A program made the position numbers and the translations under genes. A stretch of 63,354 nt of DNA, the filler included, from Globobulimina sp. (taxonomy: Eukaryota), in NCBI GenBank assembly GCA_003354225.1. It is 9 parts of 9 records of this genome, joined end to end, with 100 filler letters (N's around TTAATTAATTAA, not from the genome) between each part and the next. Parts side by side here need not be neighbours in the genome. Positions count along the whole stretch, not along the records: positions 7,096 to 14,074 come from PIVH01000211.1; positions 14,175 to 21,152 come from PIVH01000212.1; positions 21,253 to 28,215 come from PIVH01000213.1; 6 more parts are not named here. One strand, given 5' to 3'. The notes under the pieces were generated by a model. The model was not told the DNA's origin and ran no database searches. It saw only the letters and a program-made list of their open reading frames with translations. Shown here piece after piece: positions 12,601 through 25,450 of this stretch. How positions within the stretch are numbered: position 1 is the first letter of the stretch; each line of letters begins with the position of its first letter.

Positions 12601-12944
12601 TTGCGAATTTTCATAATCAACTACCGCGGCCAGAGCTGAAATTGACGAAGAATACGAATTCGAATCCCAAGTTGAAGAGCAATGGGCATAGCGATGAGCA
12701 TAAGAATCGGAACAAAAAGAAGAAGAAAACCACAGTGGCTCAGGTGTCGCAGTCAGACTCTTTGTTGCGCAAAAAGTCACATCGCAGATCGTCATCCAAC
12801 ACATTGCCACAACGGAACACGTTGCAGTCTCATTTCTCGCATCCGCATCATAACACGACGCCGCCGCCGGGACTTATTTATTCGGATCAACTTAATAAGG
12901 TTTCTGCGCAAAGGGGCATTGTTGGCGGCAGTATCAAAAAATGA
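9601..12944 (+). CDS. C2H2 (Di19/KCMF1-like) zinc finger + Nudix hydrolase with long disordered termini; introns 10395-10541 (in-frame, probable) and 11198-11262
   Basis: CPYC..LWHHVPLYH and CPIC..HLRNYH fingers; Nudix box WLPGGRVEVGETLLQAAIRETKQEAGI. The GTATGT..TACAG intron joins IIFYA to EPCDEKELPKS, merging ORFs 9601-11331 and 11202-12944. Confidence 0.8.
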
Positions 12945-13512
12945 TTTTGTCGTAGTATTATATAGTTTTTTTTTGTGTTAGTTTTTTTAAATTTTGTTAA
13001 TTGTAAGTAATATAATATATAATTTTTTATGTCAGTTTCATTTTTTTGATTTGGCTTTCTTTTCTTTTATTTTTTGTTGTTATTGTTGGTGCTGTTTTTT
13101 TTATTGATGTTATTGTCGATCTTGTTGAAAAATTTATGTTTTACGAGTTTGTGATATAAAATTTTTTTCTCTTGTTTTTATCTCATTATTCGATTGTCAT
13201 AATGTCATTGCAGTTCACCAATTCGTTTGAGATTAATATTATAGCCCTCAGATGTTCGCTAAACGAAGAGTTCTGATAGATAACCACTCCGAAGTCAAGT
13301 GTTTTGGTGAATGACTCATTTAAGATATTCCCTATCTACTATGCAGCGTTTCCTAAGGGGTTGTTCTTATATTGCGGAGCAATATAAATTGGGACCTAGG
13401 ATCCTTAATTGCAATACAGTGCATACAGCCATACACTAATTTAAGGTATCCTTAGAAGATTTTCGAGTTGCAGTGAGTGATTCTACTTGTAAGATTTTCA
13501 CAGAGTTTAAAC

Positions 13513-14074
13513 ATGGTGCTTGCAGCGGCGTTTTTTCTATTTATGGTTGGTGTAAGATGTGCTCCACCACAGATATCTACGATAGGACAATCCTATAATA
13601 CAACGCGTATAGAAACGACAATATTATTGACAAACCCAACAACAAACCATCAAAATACGGATTTGCCATTGATATTTTGGGTTTTTTCATTGGGTTTAAT
13701 TTCAACCACCATCTGTATAATATCGTTACGCGCATACAAACTGTATCAAGAACAATTATCCAAAGCCCAATTAAAAACAGAACAAGTATCGCATCAAGAC
13801 TTGAAAGCAAGTGGTGATCATATGGTGTATGGGCAATATGGCGCTTCCTCATCAATTGTAGTTAAATCGAGTGTTGACAGCATTGCAGAAATCTACAATT
13901 CTTATCCAGGATATCCAGCAGAACAAATCACATCAATATCACCAAGGTCTCCGAGTATTGGATATATTGAAGCAATTTATGCAAAATATAATAATGCGGG
14001 CAATGAAGAACAAATAATGGATGAAAATGAAATAGAATTAAACGAGAAACCATTAAGAATACAAATAAATGGAA
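13513..14074 (+). CDS. Small type I membrane protein, 3'-truncated
   Basis: Signal-like N-terminus, Thr-rich stalk, one TM helix; runs into the contig end. Confidence 0.5.
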
Positions 14075-14174
14075 NNNNNNNNNNNNNNNNNNNNNNNNNN
14101 NNNNNNNNNNNNNNNNNNTTAATTAATTAANNNNNNNNNNNNNNNNNNNNNNNNNNNNNNNNNNNNNNNNNNNN
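14075..14174. other. Artificial contig spacer
   Basis: N44-TTAATTAATTAA-N44. Confidence 0.99.
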
Positions 14175-14204
14175 TATGTTTATCACATTTTTAATTGATA
14201 GAAA

Positions 14205-14630
14205 TTGTCTGCGATTATTTATGGTCAAAAGGATGTGTGTTTATGTACGTACTGTCATTGTATTCAACAAATATTATCAAATGAAGATAGAATTAAAGAT
14301 CTGAAGAAATGGATGAGTCGAATTGGGCTCGATACGCGGGATAGAACAGCCATACTTTCTTGTGATGCGGTGTTGTGCCAACATTGTAAACGGGTAATAA
14401 AGCGAAGCGAGACTAGATATGAATGGATTGCAGACACTGTGAGCTATTGTATAGCATATATTGTCATATTGCCCGTGATATTAATACTTTGTGTACCAAC
14501 TGGATCACTCAGTGTGTTGTGGGAGAGATTGATTGGCGTTGAAAAAAATGATACCAATGAGTTTTATCAGTTGCTATATGAAAAACAAGTTACTATCTAT
14601 TTTCTGTTTGCATTCATTATATCTGAATAA
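14205..14630 (+). CDS. Hypothetical protein fragment (Cys-rich, one TM)
   Basis: 141-aa ORF near the contig start; probably an internal exon. Confidence 0.35.
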   Translation: MSAIIYGQKDVCLCTYCHCIQQILSNEDRIKDLKKWMSRIGLDTRDRTAILSCDAVLCQHCKRVIKRSETRYEWIADTVSYCIAYIVILPVILILCVPTGSLSVLWERLIGVEKNDTNEFYQLLYEKQVTIYFLFAFIISE

Positions 14631-14914
14631 AACAATAAACAAATGTTCAGAAACAACACATTGGAAATACTGATCCTTTAAAAATGAGAAAGTTGTTTGC
14701 TCAGAAACGAGTGTCCGGAATATTGGAGAAAATGCGAAAATACTGACATTTTGTGATAATAAATTGTAATTTAATTTGTGCTATTTAAATTAATGACATA
14801 TTTATGCAGATCTGCTATTTAATTTGTATGTTTTTTTTCATATTCCACGTCGTTCGCATAAAAACTTTTTTTGCAAACTCATCGTCTATAAAATTTCAGC
14901 ACATTTAAACAAAA

Positions 14915-16214
14915 ATGAATAATGCTGCCAGGAAAAGACGGTACAAATTATTAGTATCATTCATCATTCCATTATATAATATATAAAATAGTGGGATTAT
15001 ATTCTATTGGTAACAACAGATTGGACAACAAGGAAATGGAGGATATGAAGATATTAAAAAAATAACAGAAATAAAAACATTTGAAAAACACATAAAAAAT
15101 ATTGTCACTTGTGGTGGTTGGAGTGGTTATATAGCAGTATATATTTTATTTGATGATGAAACAAATGAATGTTGTGGTTATAATGAAAAGGGTGTATTAG
15201 GTGTTGGACATTATAATAATATTAATATATGGCATCAAATAAAAGATATGAAAATAAAAAATATATTTTCAGCTCCAAATGAATCATTGCACTCAGTTTG
15301 TATTTCAAAGGAGAATAAATTATATGTTGTCGGATCAAATTATTATAATCAATTTGGTATGAAAACAAGAAACAGCAAGAATACTCAATGGACATTAATT
15401 AATACATCCTTCTCGATTCAAAAAGTAGCCACGGCCAAGCGATATACAACATTTTTAAGTAGAAATGGTAAAATATATGTGGCTGGTGCTGGTGCTGACG
15501 GTGGCTATGGTTTTGGATTGGGATTAGGATTAGGTAAAAATGTTAAATCATCACCAAACATTCAACAAATTCAAATAAAAATTAAATTCAAGGATATATA
15601 TTGTGGACGTGATCATACCTTAGCAATTGATGATAATTATGATGTTTGGTCATGTGGGCGTGGTGAGGATGGTAGATTAGGCCATGGAGATGATAATAAT
15701 AGATATTCACCCACAAGAATACAATATTTGATTGAAAACAATATTAAAATTGGTAAAATATGTTGTGGTAAGTATCATAATATATTATTATCATTAAATA
15801 ATAAAGTTTTGATCTTTTTGTGTTGTGTTTTGTCTGTCATACACAAATATATTTTAATAAATAAATAAGGTATATTGTTTTGGAGAGAATGTTTGGTATC
15901 AATGTGGAAATGGTTCAAATGAAAATGTTTATTTACCACAACCAAATGAAAAATTAAAACAACAAACAATTATTGATATTAAATGTGGTTCAAATCATAA
16001 TATTATTAAAACAACGGATAATAAATACTATTTATGGGGATATAATTATTACAATCAATGTTTATATGTTCATGGTGCCTATCTTCCAAAATATATTAAG
16101 AAACCATTATTATTTAAGTTGAATTATTTTGATAAAGATGAAGAAATACTTGATATATTTCCTGGAAATAATGCAACACGAATAATAATTGGTAATTGTA
16201 AAGATAATTTATGA
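14915..16214 (+). CDS. RCC1/BLIP-II repeat protein with an apparent frameshift near 15021; introns ~14941-14991 and 15806-15869
   Basis: Repeats CGYNEKGVLGVG, VVGSNYYNQFG, CGRDHTLA..VWSCGRGEDGRLGHG, CGKYHN|VYCFGEN, CGSNHN. The first repeat GLYSIGNNR/GQQGNG is split across two frames. Confidence 0.8.
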
Positions 16215-16395
16215 TTTGTTTTAATTTTGTTCGAGATGAGTTTCAAGAGCTAACATTTGAAAAATACATTAAAATATGAGAAATATGAATAATCTTTATC
16301 GGTGAATCTTGTGTAATACGGGTCTCATTTGTAGAAAGTAGAAACGAGTTTTTGAGTCGAAAATTAGTGAAGTCTTAAACTACTCTTTTTTGAGA

Positions 16396-18092
16396 ATGTC
16401 ACAGATACAGAATGAAGAATATAAAAGCGAGACAGAAATAGTGTCACTAAACAATGCGAATCCGAGCAAAGCAGTGACGTCGACAAACCTTGAGCTGCCA
16501 GAACGTGGAGATTCTGATAACATTTTAAAATCAACAATCCAAAAAAATAAGACGCAACGATCATGGGTAGATCCGTGGGAGCCAGCAGTTCAAGACACAT
16601 TTTACCATAAACAACTCAATACATTACGACCGACTTTCGATATCGTCCAAGACTCGATAATGGGCAATGGGAGCGCCCAGACCTTGGACTATTTATTTGA
16701 CCAAGACCGCAGTCTCCATTATAATGCATTTAATAATAATGGCGACTTAGATCAGTTGGATGAGGCCGGCGTCGACGGAGAGGCAAAAGACGTCGAATTA
16801 GAAGAAGAGGAAAAAGCAATGGAAGAGGAGAAGAAAGATAAAAATCGGCAGTTTGGAATGTGGGATGGTGTGATTGCTCGTAATCTATTAAATATATTTG
16901 GTGTGATTATGTTTTTAAGGGTTGGCTTCGTGGTGGGTCAGGCGGGAATTATTGAGGCATTGATCATAATGGCGATATCCTCAGTGGTTGTTATATTAAC
17001 GGGATTGTCGATGAGTGCAATATGTACAAATGGTACCATACTCAGCGGGGGCGCTTATTATATGATATCGCGCGCTTTGGGCCCATCCATCGGCGGCGCC
17101 ATTGGCTTATTATTCAGCATTGGCAATATGGCGGCGTGCTCATTGTACGCCATTGGCTTCGCAGAGACCTTAGTCGTATGTTTATATTCCATTTGTATGC
17201 ATTTGTCGTATTATACATTTAATATATTTCTATTCCATTTGTATGCAAACTGAAACTGAACAAATCATTTCCGATCGGCTCTCAACAAATACTTTCTACA
17301 AATAAAATAAAGGTGAATTTAACGGACATGTTTGGCTTTCAAATCATCGATGGCGCCATCAACGATGTTCGTATTTGGTCAAATGTGGTGTTATTGACAG
17401 TATTAATCATCTCCATTGTGGGCCTAAATTGTGTGGTGAAGACTCAATTGGGTTTATTAGTCTTTATCATATTTTCTATTATTTTGTTTTTCATCGGTTC
17501 CTTTTATAAACAAGTGTACATCGACGATTTCCCAAACCCAGAATACCCACAATGCGGCTCAGAATGCGACGAAGCTATCAAACATTTAGTGGTTACGCCG
17601 GCTGGTTGGATCAATGGTAATTTTATTGATAATCTAAGCAGCGGCTACGATGGGTACAATTTTTGGAGTGTGTTCGCCATATTTTTCCCGGCGGTGACGG
17701 GTATCATGGCCGGTGCAAACATTTCGGGCGAAATTAAAAACCCCTCCGTGGATATTCCGAAAGGCACTTTAATATCGATTTGGGTGTCGAGCATCATCTA
17801 TATGTTACTGGCTGTATTTGTGGGGGCAGTGACGGTGCGATATGAGTTATTAAACAATGAATTGGTGATGGCGTCGATTTGTGTGTGGGAAGGATTCATT
17901 TTAATTGGCATCTATGCCGCGACATTGTCCTCAGCCATTGCCTCCTTGGTGGGCGCTCCCAGAATATTACAGGCCGTCAAAAGCCGAGGACAATTTGTTC
18001 CCATTCCGCGTGGCGAGCCGTTACGAGGCTATTTCTTATCTTTTAATTGGCGAATTGAATGCCATCGCTCCATTAATCTCTCAATTCTTTAT
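16396..18092 (+). pseudogene. SLC12 cation-chloride cotransporter, N-terminal ~2/3 only; intron 17176-17312; degrades at 17979-18092
   Basis: FGMWDGV..NLLNIFGVIMFLR, LSMSAICTNG, GGAYYMISRALGP, FFPAVTGIMAGANISG, IPKGT, GAPRILQA. The next motifs (AEDNLFP, GEPLRGYFL, LIGELNAIAPLISQFF) alternate between frames, and the C-terminal domain is absent. Confidence 0.85.
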
Positions 18093-20661
18093 AACTGGTG
18101 ATGTCGACACACAAAATGTATCCGAGAAAGAAGAGCAAAAATCAAAGGCAACGGAAGCAGCAAACTCGTCGACATTGCAAGCTCTCACAACTGGCATTTC
18201 TCTGCACATTAATTCTACGCTTATAGAAGTTTCTAAATTATTTGGCATTGACAATCCACAGCAATCTGACTCCATTCCTGATTATTTTATTGGTTCATGT
18301 TTCAGATTATGGTTTTTTGTGCTTACTTTACTTTCAGCGATGGTTGCAACCATTTTTGTCGGCACCGAGCTCGAATTTACATCCACATTCTACGGATTTG
18401 GGCTGCGATACATGGCCATTGGAGGGCTGCTATGGTGTTTAGTGTATACTATGTACGCATTCTATTTTGCCATCATTTCACGACTTCATAACTATCAATC
18501 GATAATCGAATCGGATACGCAATCCATATGGAACTTTATTCTGTTGATTGACGTGAAAGACAAACAGCAACAGCATAAAACCTGGGCCTTTATTAAATGT
18601 GTAATCGTATTATTTTGCACTGTCGGCGGTGTTATCTTTATCATCATCGGCCTGGCCACAAAAGAAGGCTTTGTCATATTTATTGGCTTGACATTGATGA
18701 CGTATTGGTGGTGTAACATATTTACGATTTGCAAACCGTACTCATTGATCAGTTTGTTGCAAGGAAACATCCCGCCGCCGTCAATGCGAAATCACGCGCA
18801 CAGAATCATTGAGCATAAATGGAAAGAGCTGCGAGTGGGCAGTGAAGCGGTCAGTGCTTATGCGGAAATTGCCGATGAAGAGCAACAAGCAATCATTCAA
18901 ATTGCACAACAGAATCGAAAAGATATTGTAAAGTCTGTGTGTGCAGTATTAAAAGGGCTGTGTCATCCTTGCGAATTTATTGAGGAGCACCGGTACCGGA
19001 ATGCGGGGAACAATTCCAATCGCCACGCATTAAATGCATTAGTCAATGAAGCGTCTATTAAAGAATTAGATGTTCCATTTGATTCAGTCATTATTGAACA
19101 TGCGTTGATTTATATTAATTTAATGGATGGCTATCGAACAGAACAAGGCCGGTATCGTTATCATAACTTGCATGGCAGTGTGGAATTAAAAGTGGAGAGT
19201 GAACCTGATTTCGTTGCGGTGCACTCAATCGAATTTGAGGCAGACGATAATGGCAAAGCAGGTGCTGATAAATGTTGCGATTATATCCATTTTTCAACCA
19301 CGATACGTAATTTCAAGCGTTTAAGCGCCAATTATTCAGATTATTGGTTTAAAGTTTATAAACCTTTCGCAGAGTTTGATATAACAACGGATGAAACGGA
19401 GAATGTATTGCACGGTTTCCAGTTCTTGCGATATTTTACGGATAAAGTGGATGATAAGGAATTAAATGATTTAACCAAAGAGTTTTTTACTGCGCAGAAA
19501 AAGCGACGGAAGAAAAATTGTTGTGGATTTTGTAAAAAATGTTTGTCTTCGAGCTGCAAAAAATTATTGGATTGTTCGTGTAACGCATTGATTTTATTCG
19601 CCATCGTGTTTGCCATTGGGAGTATTGGTTGGTCCTCGATCACATTCAATAAAGAATTGAATGCGATTGATTCCAATCCATTTGGTTATAATAAGCAAAA
19701 TGTGAGTCAAACCTACGCAATCTGCACAGATGAATACTATGCATCGCAGGATCACAATGAGAGCGTGAAAAGCTACAATGTTTTGGATTTGTTATATATG
19801 ATTCAGGGTTCCTATGCCATGGACAATTACAATTTAACCCAATTCATTAATAAATATTTCGATGAAGACGACTTTGAAATTGTTTACGCCTCCACTGATT
19901 ATCCCGTCTTTTACCATTTGAAGCAAAAAGAACAAGCTTTACATTTCATTGCGATCCGTGGCACGGAGGAATACTTTGAATATTTGCAAGATTTATCATT
20001 ATTTTTCGAGGCGGCCACCTTTCAATTTTTATCCTTTTTGCTGCCACTTTTAAATGCATTGCCCACCGGTTTTATACGTCGCGTTGTATTATATTCGTCA
20101 TTGCCGGAAGGATTAGTAAATAGCAATGCGAGATGGCATTTGTACGAAGGGGTGTACTCATATTGTAGGGAGAATATTATTTTGAGTGATTTGTATGATG
20201 ATGATTCTACAGTGTACCTCGTTGGACATAGTCTTGGCGGCGCCATTGCAAATATTGCTGCTGCCAAATTGTATGATGATTTTAAAGACGACGAGCAGTA
20301 CAATATGAATATATTAGCATTTGGAGTGGCAAACCCTGGCTTGCTTTATAGCTCCGCAAAGTTTGATTTTTCAACGGATAGCTATGATTTCACGGCAACC
20401 TCAGTGCTTCCTAGAGGTGAGCTGGTGGGCAGTATTGATGAGCACGGCGGGTTAATACAACACATTGCCTGCAAACATGATAAGTTTTATAATTGCCACA
20501 AGCTAAATGCACCAGTTTGTGAAATCTATAATAACTGTCCTTCGCATATGATTCGAAATAGTGCTGTTTTTGATTGTTATTGTAATCCTCAAAAATCCAA
20601 ATATCAATTTGGACATTGTTTAAACATTACTTGCATTGATCCTGATGGCAAATGCGTTTAA
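18093..20661 (+). CDS. Multi-pass membrane protein with C-terminal class-3 lipase domain; own start unclear, in frame with the last SLC12 fragment
   Basis: FIAIRGT oxyanion motif, nucleophile elbow VYLVGHSLGGAIA, several N-terminal TM helices, Cys-rich C-terminus. Confidence 0.8.
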
Positions 20662-21152
20662 TTTAATTTTATGCTTCTTTCTTTTTGCTCTTTCTTGTAT
20701 ATTAATAATTAATATTATATTTAATATGTAAAAACTTGCATCTTTTTTTTCTTCTTTTTTAGTTTATTACGTACAGTCGTTTATTACGTACACCATTGCC
20801 ATCCAATTTTGCAAATGTCGAGCGAAGCGAGGTGCCGTCCGAGCGCAGCGAGGTGAGACGGGATAAAATAAATAAATTAATTACTGGGATCCTTCAATAA
20901 CTTTATAAAGTTCAAATAATTGTAACAAACACAGTTCACACAGATATTGATTGTTGATATTTATAATATATGTTTTAATGAGGTTTTATTTTTCATTGAC
21001 TGTTGAGATGTGGCTGCTGTGAAAACAATTGAGCTTTTTTTTTGATTATTTCTCGATTAGTTTTATTCAATTTCAATTCATGATTATATTATAAAATATT
21101 GATTCCATTTTTAATTTTAAATATTATTGCTGAATTTGTAATTTTGAATCAT

Positions 21153-21252
21153 NNNNNNNNNNNNNNNNNNNNNNNNNNNNNNNNNNNNNNNNNNNNTTAA
21201 TTAATTAANNNNNNNNNNNNNNNNNNNNNNNNNNNNNNNNNNNNNNNNNNNN
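21153..21252. other. Artificial contig spacer
   Basis: N44-TTAATTAATTAA-N44. Confidence 0.99.
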
Positions 21253-23987
21253 GGTTTTTAATGGGTTTTTCACGTAATGTTGTTTAATATGGTCTCGATA
21301 TTCATAAATATCCTCAAAATGTTTATGACATAAATGACAATGCACTGACACATAATAACTATCCTCAAAGTCATTGCTTTTACTTTTATTTTTATTTTTA
21401 GTTTTTCTCTTTGACATCGACGGTGATTTAACATTCTTCTTTTTCTGATTAATATGTCGTTTCTTCTTATTAATATCATGAATATTGTGATTAAAATGTG
21501 ACTTCCAATGCGAACGAATATTTTTCCTTTCCCCAAACGCAGATTGACATTTTATTCCATTTATAACCACATCACAATTATATGGCTTCTCTTTTGTATG
21601 CTGCGCAATGTGTGAGATAAACAAAGACGAAGTGGCGAGCAACGCCTTTTTCCCATCCACCACACAGCCAAAATCGCATTGTTTCCATGCTTTTGCTGTG
21701 TCGTTGTTATAATGCTGTTCCATATGGGAACAATATCCATCATAATTGTCAAAATGCACACGACATAAATGGCAATGTACTGAAAAATGAAAACTACCCT
21801 CAAACGCCACATGTTCTCCACAATGCACACTTTTCATGATTTCGGCTGGTTTGTAATGGCCCTGTCTTAGATTTATATGCTTTGTATTTTCCTTTTTATT
21901 CTTACGTTTATTATAAACGACTTCCTTTGTCTTTGCTGTATTGGTGGCATTCCAATGAGTTTTCCAATGTTGTTTAATATTTGGTTTATAACCTCTGGCC
22001 ACGTTACATTTAATTCCATCAATGGTCACATTGCATTTATATGGGAAGTCGCGAGTATGTGTAGCAATGTGGCGAACAAAAAACACGCCGACTGCTGATT
22101 GATAATCGCAGCCTAAATCGCAATGTCCCCAGGTTTTATTTGGGTCATTGTCGTAATGTTGCTGTAGATCAGCTCGATATCGCTCAAAATCATCAAAATG
22201 TTGCTTGCAAATATGACAATTAACAGACATATAATAACTATCTTCAAATGCTGCATAATTGCTAGGTTTGTTGCGTTTTATTGTACGCTTGTTTTTGTTT
22301 CCATTTTTGTTTTTGTTCGGTTTGTTTTTATTTTTGTTTTTATTCTGCGTTTGGATGTTTGTTTTAAAGTGAGTTTGCCAATGTTGTTTACAGTTTGATT
22401 TATATCCTGTGACCGCTTTGCATTTAACGCCATTGCTTTTCACATTGCATTTGTATGGTTTATCGTTTGTATGCGTCGAAATGTGGCGAATGAAATGTAG
22501 GTCTTGCTGCGATTTATGATTACAGCCTAAATCGCAATGTCCCCAGGTTTTGTTGGCATCCTTCTCGTAATGTTGCCGTAAATGATTTCTATATTTGTAA
22601 ATATCATCGAAATGTAGCTTACAAATATGACATTTGACTGATATGTAATAACTATCTTCGAATGCTACATAATCGGTGCTATAATCACTATCATTTGCAC
22701 TGTCACTGCTGCTCTCATTATGTATATGCCTCACATTATTTATCTTTTTCCTCTTCCTGTTTGATCGTAATCGTCTGCCATTATTTAGCTGTCAGAGATA
22801 TGTTTGAATATAATATTAAAAAATGAAAACAATAAAATCACCACAAAGAACGTATGGAATGTCATGTTGTTTTCGAATCGTTCATCGTTGTGTTTTTACT
22901 GTTTATGTTGCTGATGTTTCATATAACATTGCATAGATTTTTTATGGTGATAGGTTTGATTAAAATAATTTAACTTTATCGGGAGTGAAGGTGTCAATTA
23001 ATTGATTAAATACAGATTGTGGGCTTTCATTGGATGCGTAGTATAATGATATTTTATTTAAAACTTCATTTCTATCGTATCCCATCTCGAATAAACGATC
23101 TCTGATCAAATCATATTTTCCCATCACATTATTAGTATTATTATTACTTGCAATTGGTTCTGGTTCTAATTTTAATATATTATGATTATTATCATTTGGG
23201 TGATTGTGAAGGTGGCGAGATATGTTTATTTCATTTGGTTTTATCTGTAAAAATGTAGTTAATGTATTGTATATTTTGAGAAGGAGAATTTTTATAAATT
23301 AAAGTAACATTATTTGAGCCGATATTGTTATTCTCGAGCTCTGTTGATTGATTTTTATGGTTTGTGCATTCGTCAAAATTAATATTCTAAATAACAAATA
23401 AAATTAATATTTAATAAACAATCATGCATAAAAATACAATAAAATGCAAGTACTTAACATCTATTTCCATCTTCAATATATTATTTGGAGGGGTTGCTGA
23501 TGTAAATACTGATGTTGTTATTTGGTGCATAGGCATATGATTGTGATCATTATTAATTTGATCAAGCTTAAGATTTGTTATCTGCGTTAACCGTGCACTG
23601 TGACAAAAATATAAAATATATGAAAATACTGTATGTGATATTAATATTTTATAAATTTAACTATAAGCTCATATATTGTGACTTCCATTTATTTGCTTCG
23701 TTTTCACATTCATCTCTTTCTTTTATTAATTTATTATTTTCTTTTTTTAATGCATTATTTTCCTGTTTTAACGATTTATTTAATTTCCTCTTTTTTCTGT
23801 CAGGTTCATTGTTATTGCCATTAATATTATTATGATCACGTTGCAACTGATTTAGTTTCCGTTTTTTTGAATTGGTTTTGGTTTTCTTTTTTACTGTTTT
23901 TGGTTTAAATGTCTTGGGATACATTGGCGAATCATTACTATCACTAGTACTAGATATCGATTGTTCACTCGATTCATCAGCAGCCAT
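21253..23987 (-). CDS. Multi-exon C2H2 zinc-finger protein (coiled coil, UBA-like motif, at least 4 triple-finger modules), 3'-truncated
   Basis: The 21253-22734 exon has repeated FEDSYY.SV.CH.C..H...H / CD.GC..HI.TH / KPYKC..KC..HW.TH modules. Upstream exons (from MAADESS at 23987; LFEMGY near 23080) can be joined by four phase-compatible GT-AG introns. The upstream linkage is inferred. Confidence 0.7.
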
Positions 23988-24101
23988 TTTCACAAGAATC
24001 GTCTACTAACAACACTGAAAACCACTTTTTTTCAACACATTGCTATCAAAAACTACAATAGTCGGTACTTCTATAATCTATATATTCATTGTAAATCAAA
24101 A

Positions 24102-25409
24102 ATGGCTGCGCCCAAAGTTGAAGAAAAGCAAGAGGTAAAAAAGGATGAATCAGAGGCAAAGGAGAAATTGATAGTAATCCCTGAAGCAGATGGTGTGTTA
24201 TTGGAGCAATTAGCAAAAGAAATGTTGGAATTATACAAACACAAATGCAAACATACGGTAATGGCGAATGGATCTGTGACATTTTGGCCAACTCCAAATT
24301 GCAAACCTGCTCAAAATAAATTAGCCACAAACAAAATATCAATGGACAGCATGCTTTCCAAACAAAATTGTGGCAAAGCCGCAGCATATTCGAATCCGTA
24401 TGAGGCCATTATACAAACACAACAGAGTGCTCCTGTTTGTTCATTCATTACAGCCGCATTGACTGCGTGGTCGCAACACTATCCCTTCAGGTTCCGAGCT
24501 GAACACATTTGGCTCTTAATATTGCAGTCCGTGGCAGTTCACGTTGATAAAAACGCAGAGAAATTAAGAAATAAATATGTTGAGCACGAAGGCCAAAAAG
24601 AATTAGTGGTTGATATATCGGGTCGGCCGTCGCCAAAAGAATGGATGAGCACAATTGCAAATTTTGCCAGGCAGATTGACGAAAATACGGTGGAAGATAC
24701 GTGTAAATTGTTTGACTGTGACTTCTCAACATCCACTTTGACAGAAAAGATTGCCACAAAGGTGACAATTATGGATATCTGTAAGAATTATTTTTCATAT
24801 AAATGTAGGACAATGTGTGGCTTCCCGCAAATTACATTGGATGGAACTAAAAAAGATTGGATAAAATTAAAGGAAAAAACAAGCAAATTGCTACAGGAGA
24901 AAGTTGACAAAAAATTTGGTGCGCAATGGGGTGAGGCGTTGTTGCCGATATTGGACAGATTCATTGTGGCGTTTGATGGGAACATTGACTGTGTATTTTG
25001 GAATTCGATGATTAAGAGAGGTGCGAGACGCGGCAGTGGTGCACGTAGTTGGTATTCTGGATGGTTTAACATCTTTTTCCCGTTTATAACTGGGCGATGG
25101 AACAGATTTTGTGAGCCCTATGCCATGGACAGAGCGTATGTTAAACATGGCCTTGAATCGACCGGTAATGGTCCGGATACGTCAGATTTCCCAATGGGTA
25201 TTGCGTCAGCACCGGTAAAATGGGATAGAAACGGAACATTAATCAAATTGAAATTTTTAAGTGGATTTGTCGGATTTAAACAAGATGCAAAAACATTGGA
25301 GATTTGTCCGAATGTTAGTTGGTGTGTTGCTTTTTGTTTGACTGAGCAGCAAATGCAAGAAAAGGAAGCTGCGGTGAGCAAGAAAAGGAAGAGAAGATAT
25401 GGACGCTAA
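24102..25409 (+). CDS. DUF4419 family protein
   Basis: AWSQHYPFRFRAEHIWLLILQ, NAEKLRNKYVEHEGQKEL, DFSTST, YFSY...CGFPQITLDGT..DW, SGW...FF. Confidence 0.8.
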   Translation: MAAPKVEEKQEVKKDESEAKEKLIVIPEADGVLLEQLAKEMLELYKHKCKHTVMANGSVTFWPTPNCKPAQNKLATNKISMDSMLSKQNCGKAAAYSNPYEAIIQTQQSAPVCSFITAALTAWSQHYPFRFRAEHIWLLILQSVAVHVDKNAEKLRNKYVEHEGQKELVVDISGRPSPKEWMSTIANFARQIDENTVEDTCKLFDCDFSTSTLTEKIATKVTIMDICKNYFSYKCRTMCGFPQITLDGTKKDWIKLKEKTSKLLQEKVDKKFGAQWGEALLPILDRFIVAFDGNIDCVFWNSMIKRGARRGSGARSWYSGWFNIFFPFITGRWNRFCEPYAMDRAYVKHGLESTGNGPDTSDFPMGIASAPVKWDRNGTLIKLKFLSGFVGFKQDAKTLEICPNVSWCVAFCLTEQQMQEKEAAVSKKRKRRYGR

Positions 25410-25450
25410 TTAATTTTGTGTTTTTTTAATTATTAAATTGCTATTTAGAG

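Noticed and set aside
15040-15066. Euplotes-style AAA-TAA programmed frameshift in the RCC1 gene
   Set aside because: Shifting at this stop would skip the conserved GQQGNG repeat residues; the lesion lies upstream near 15021.
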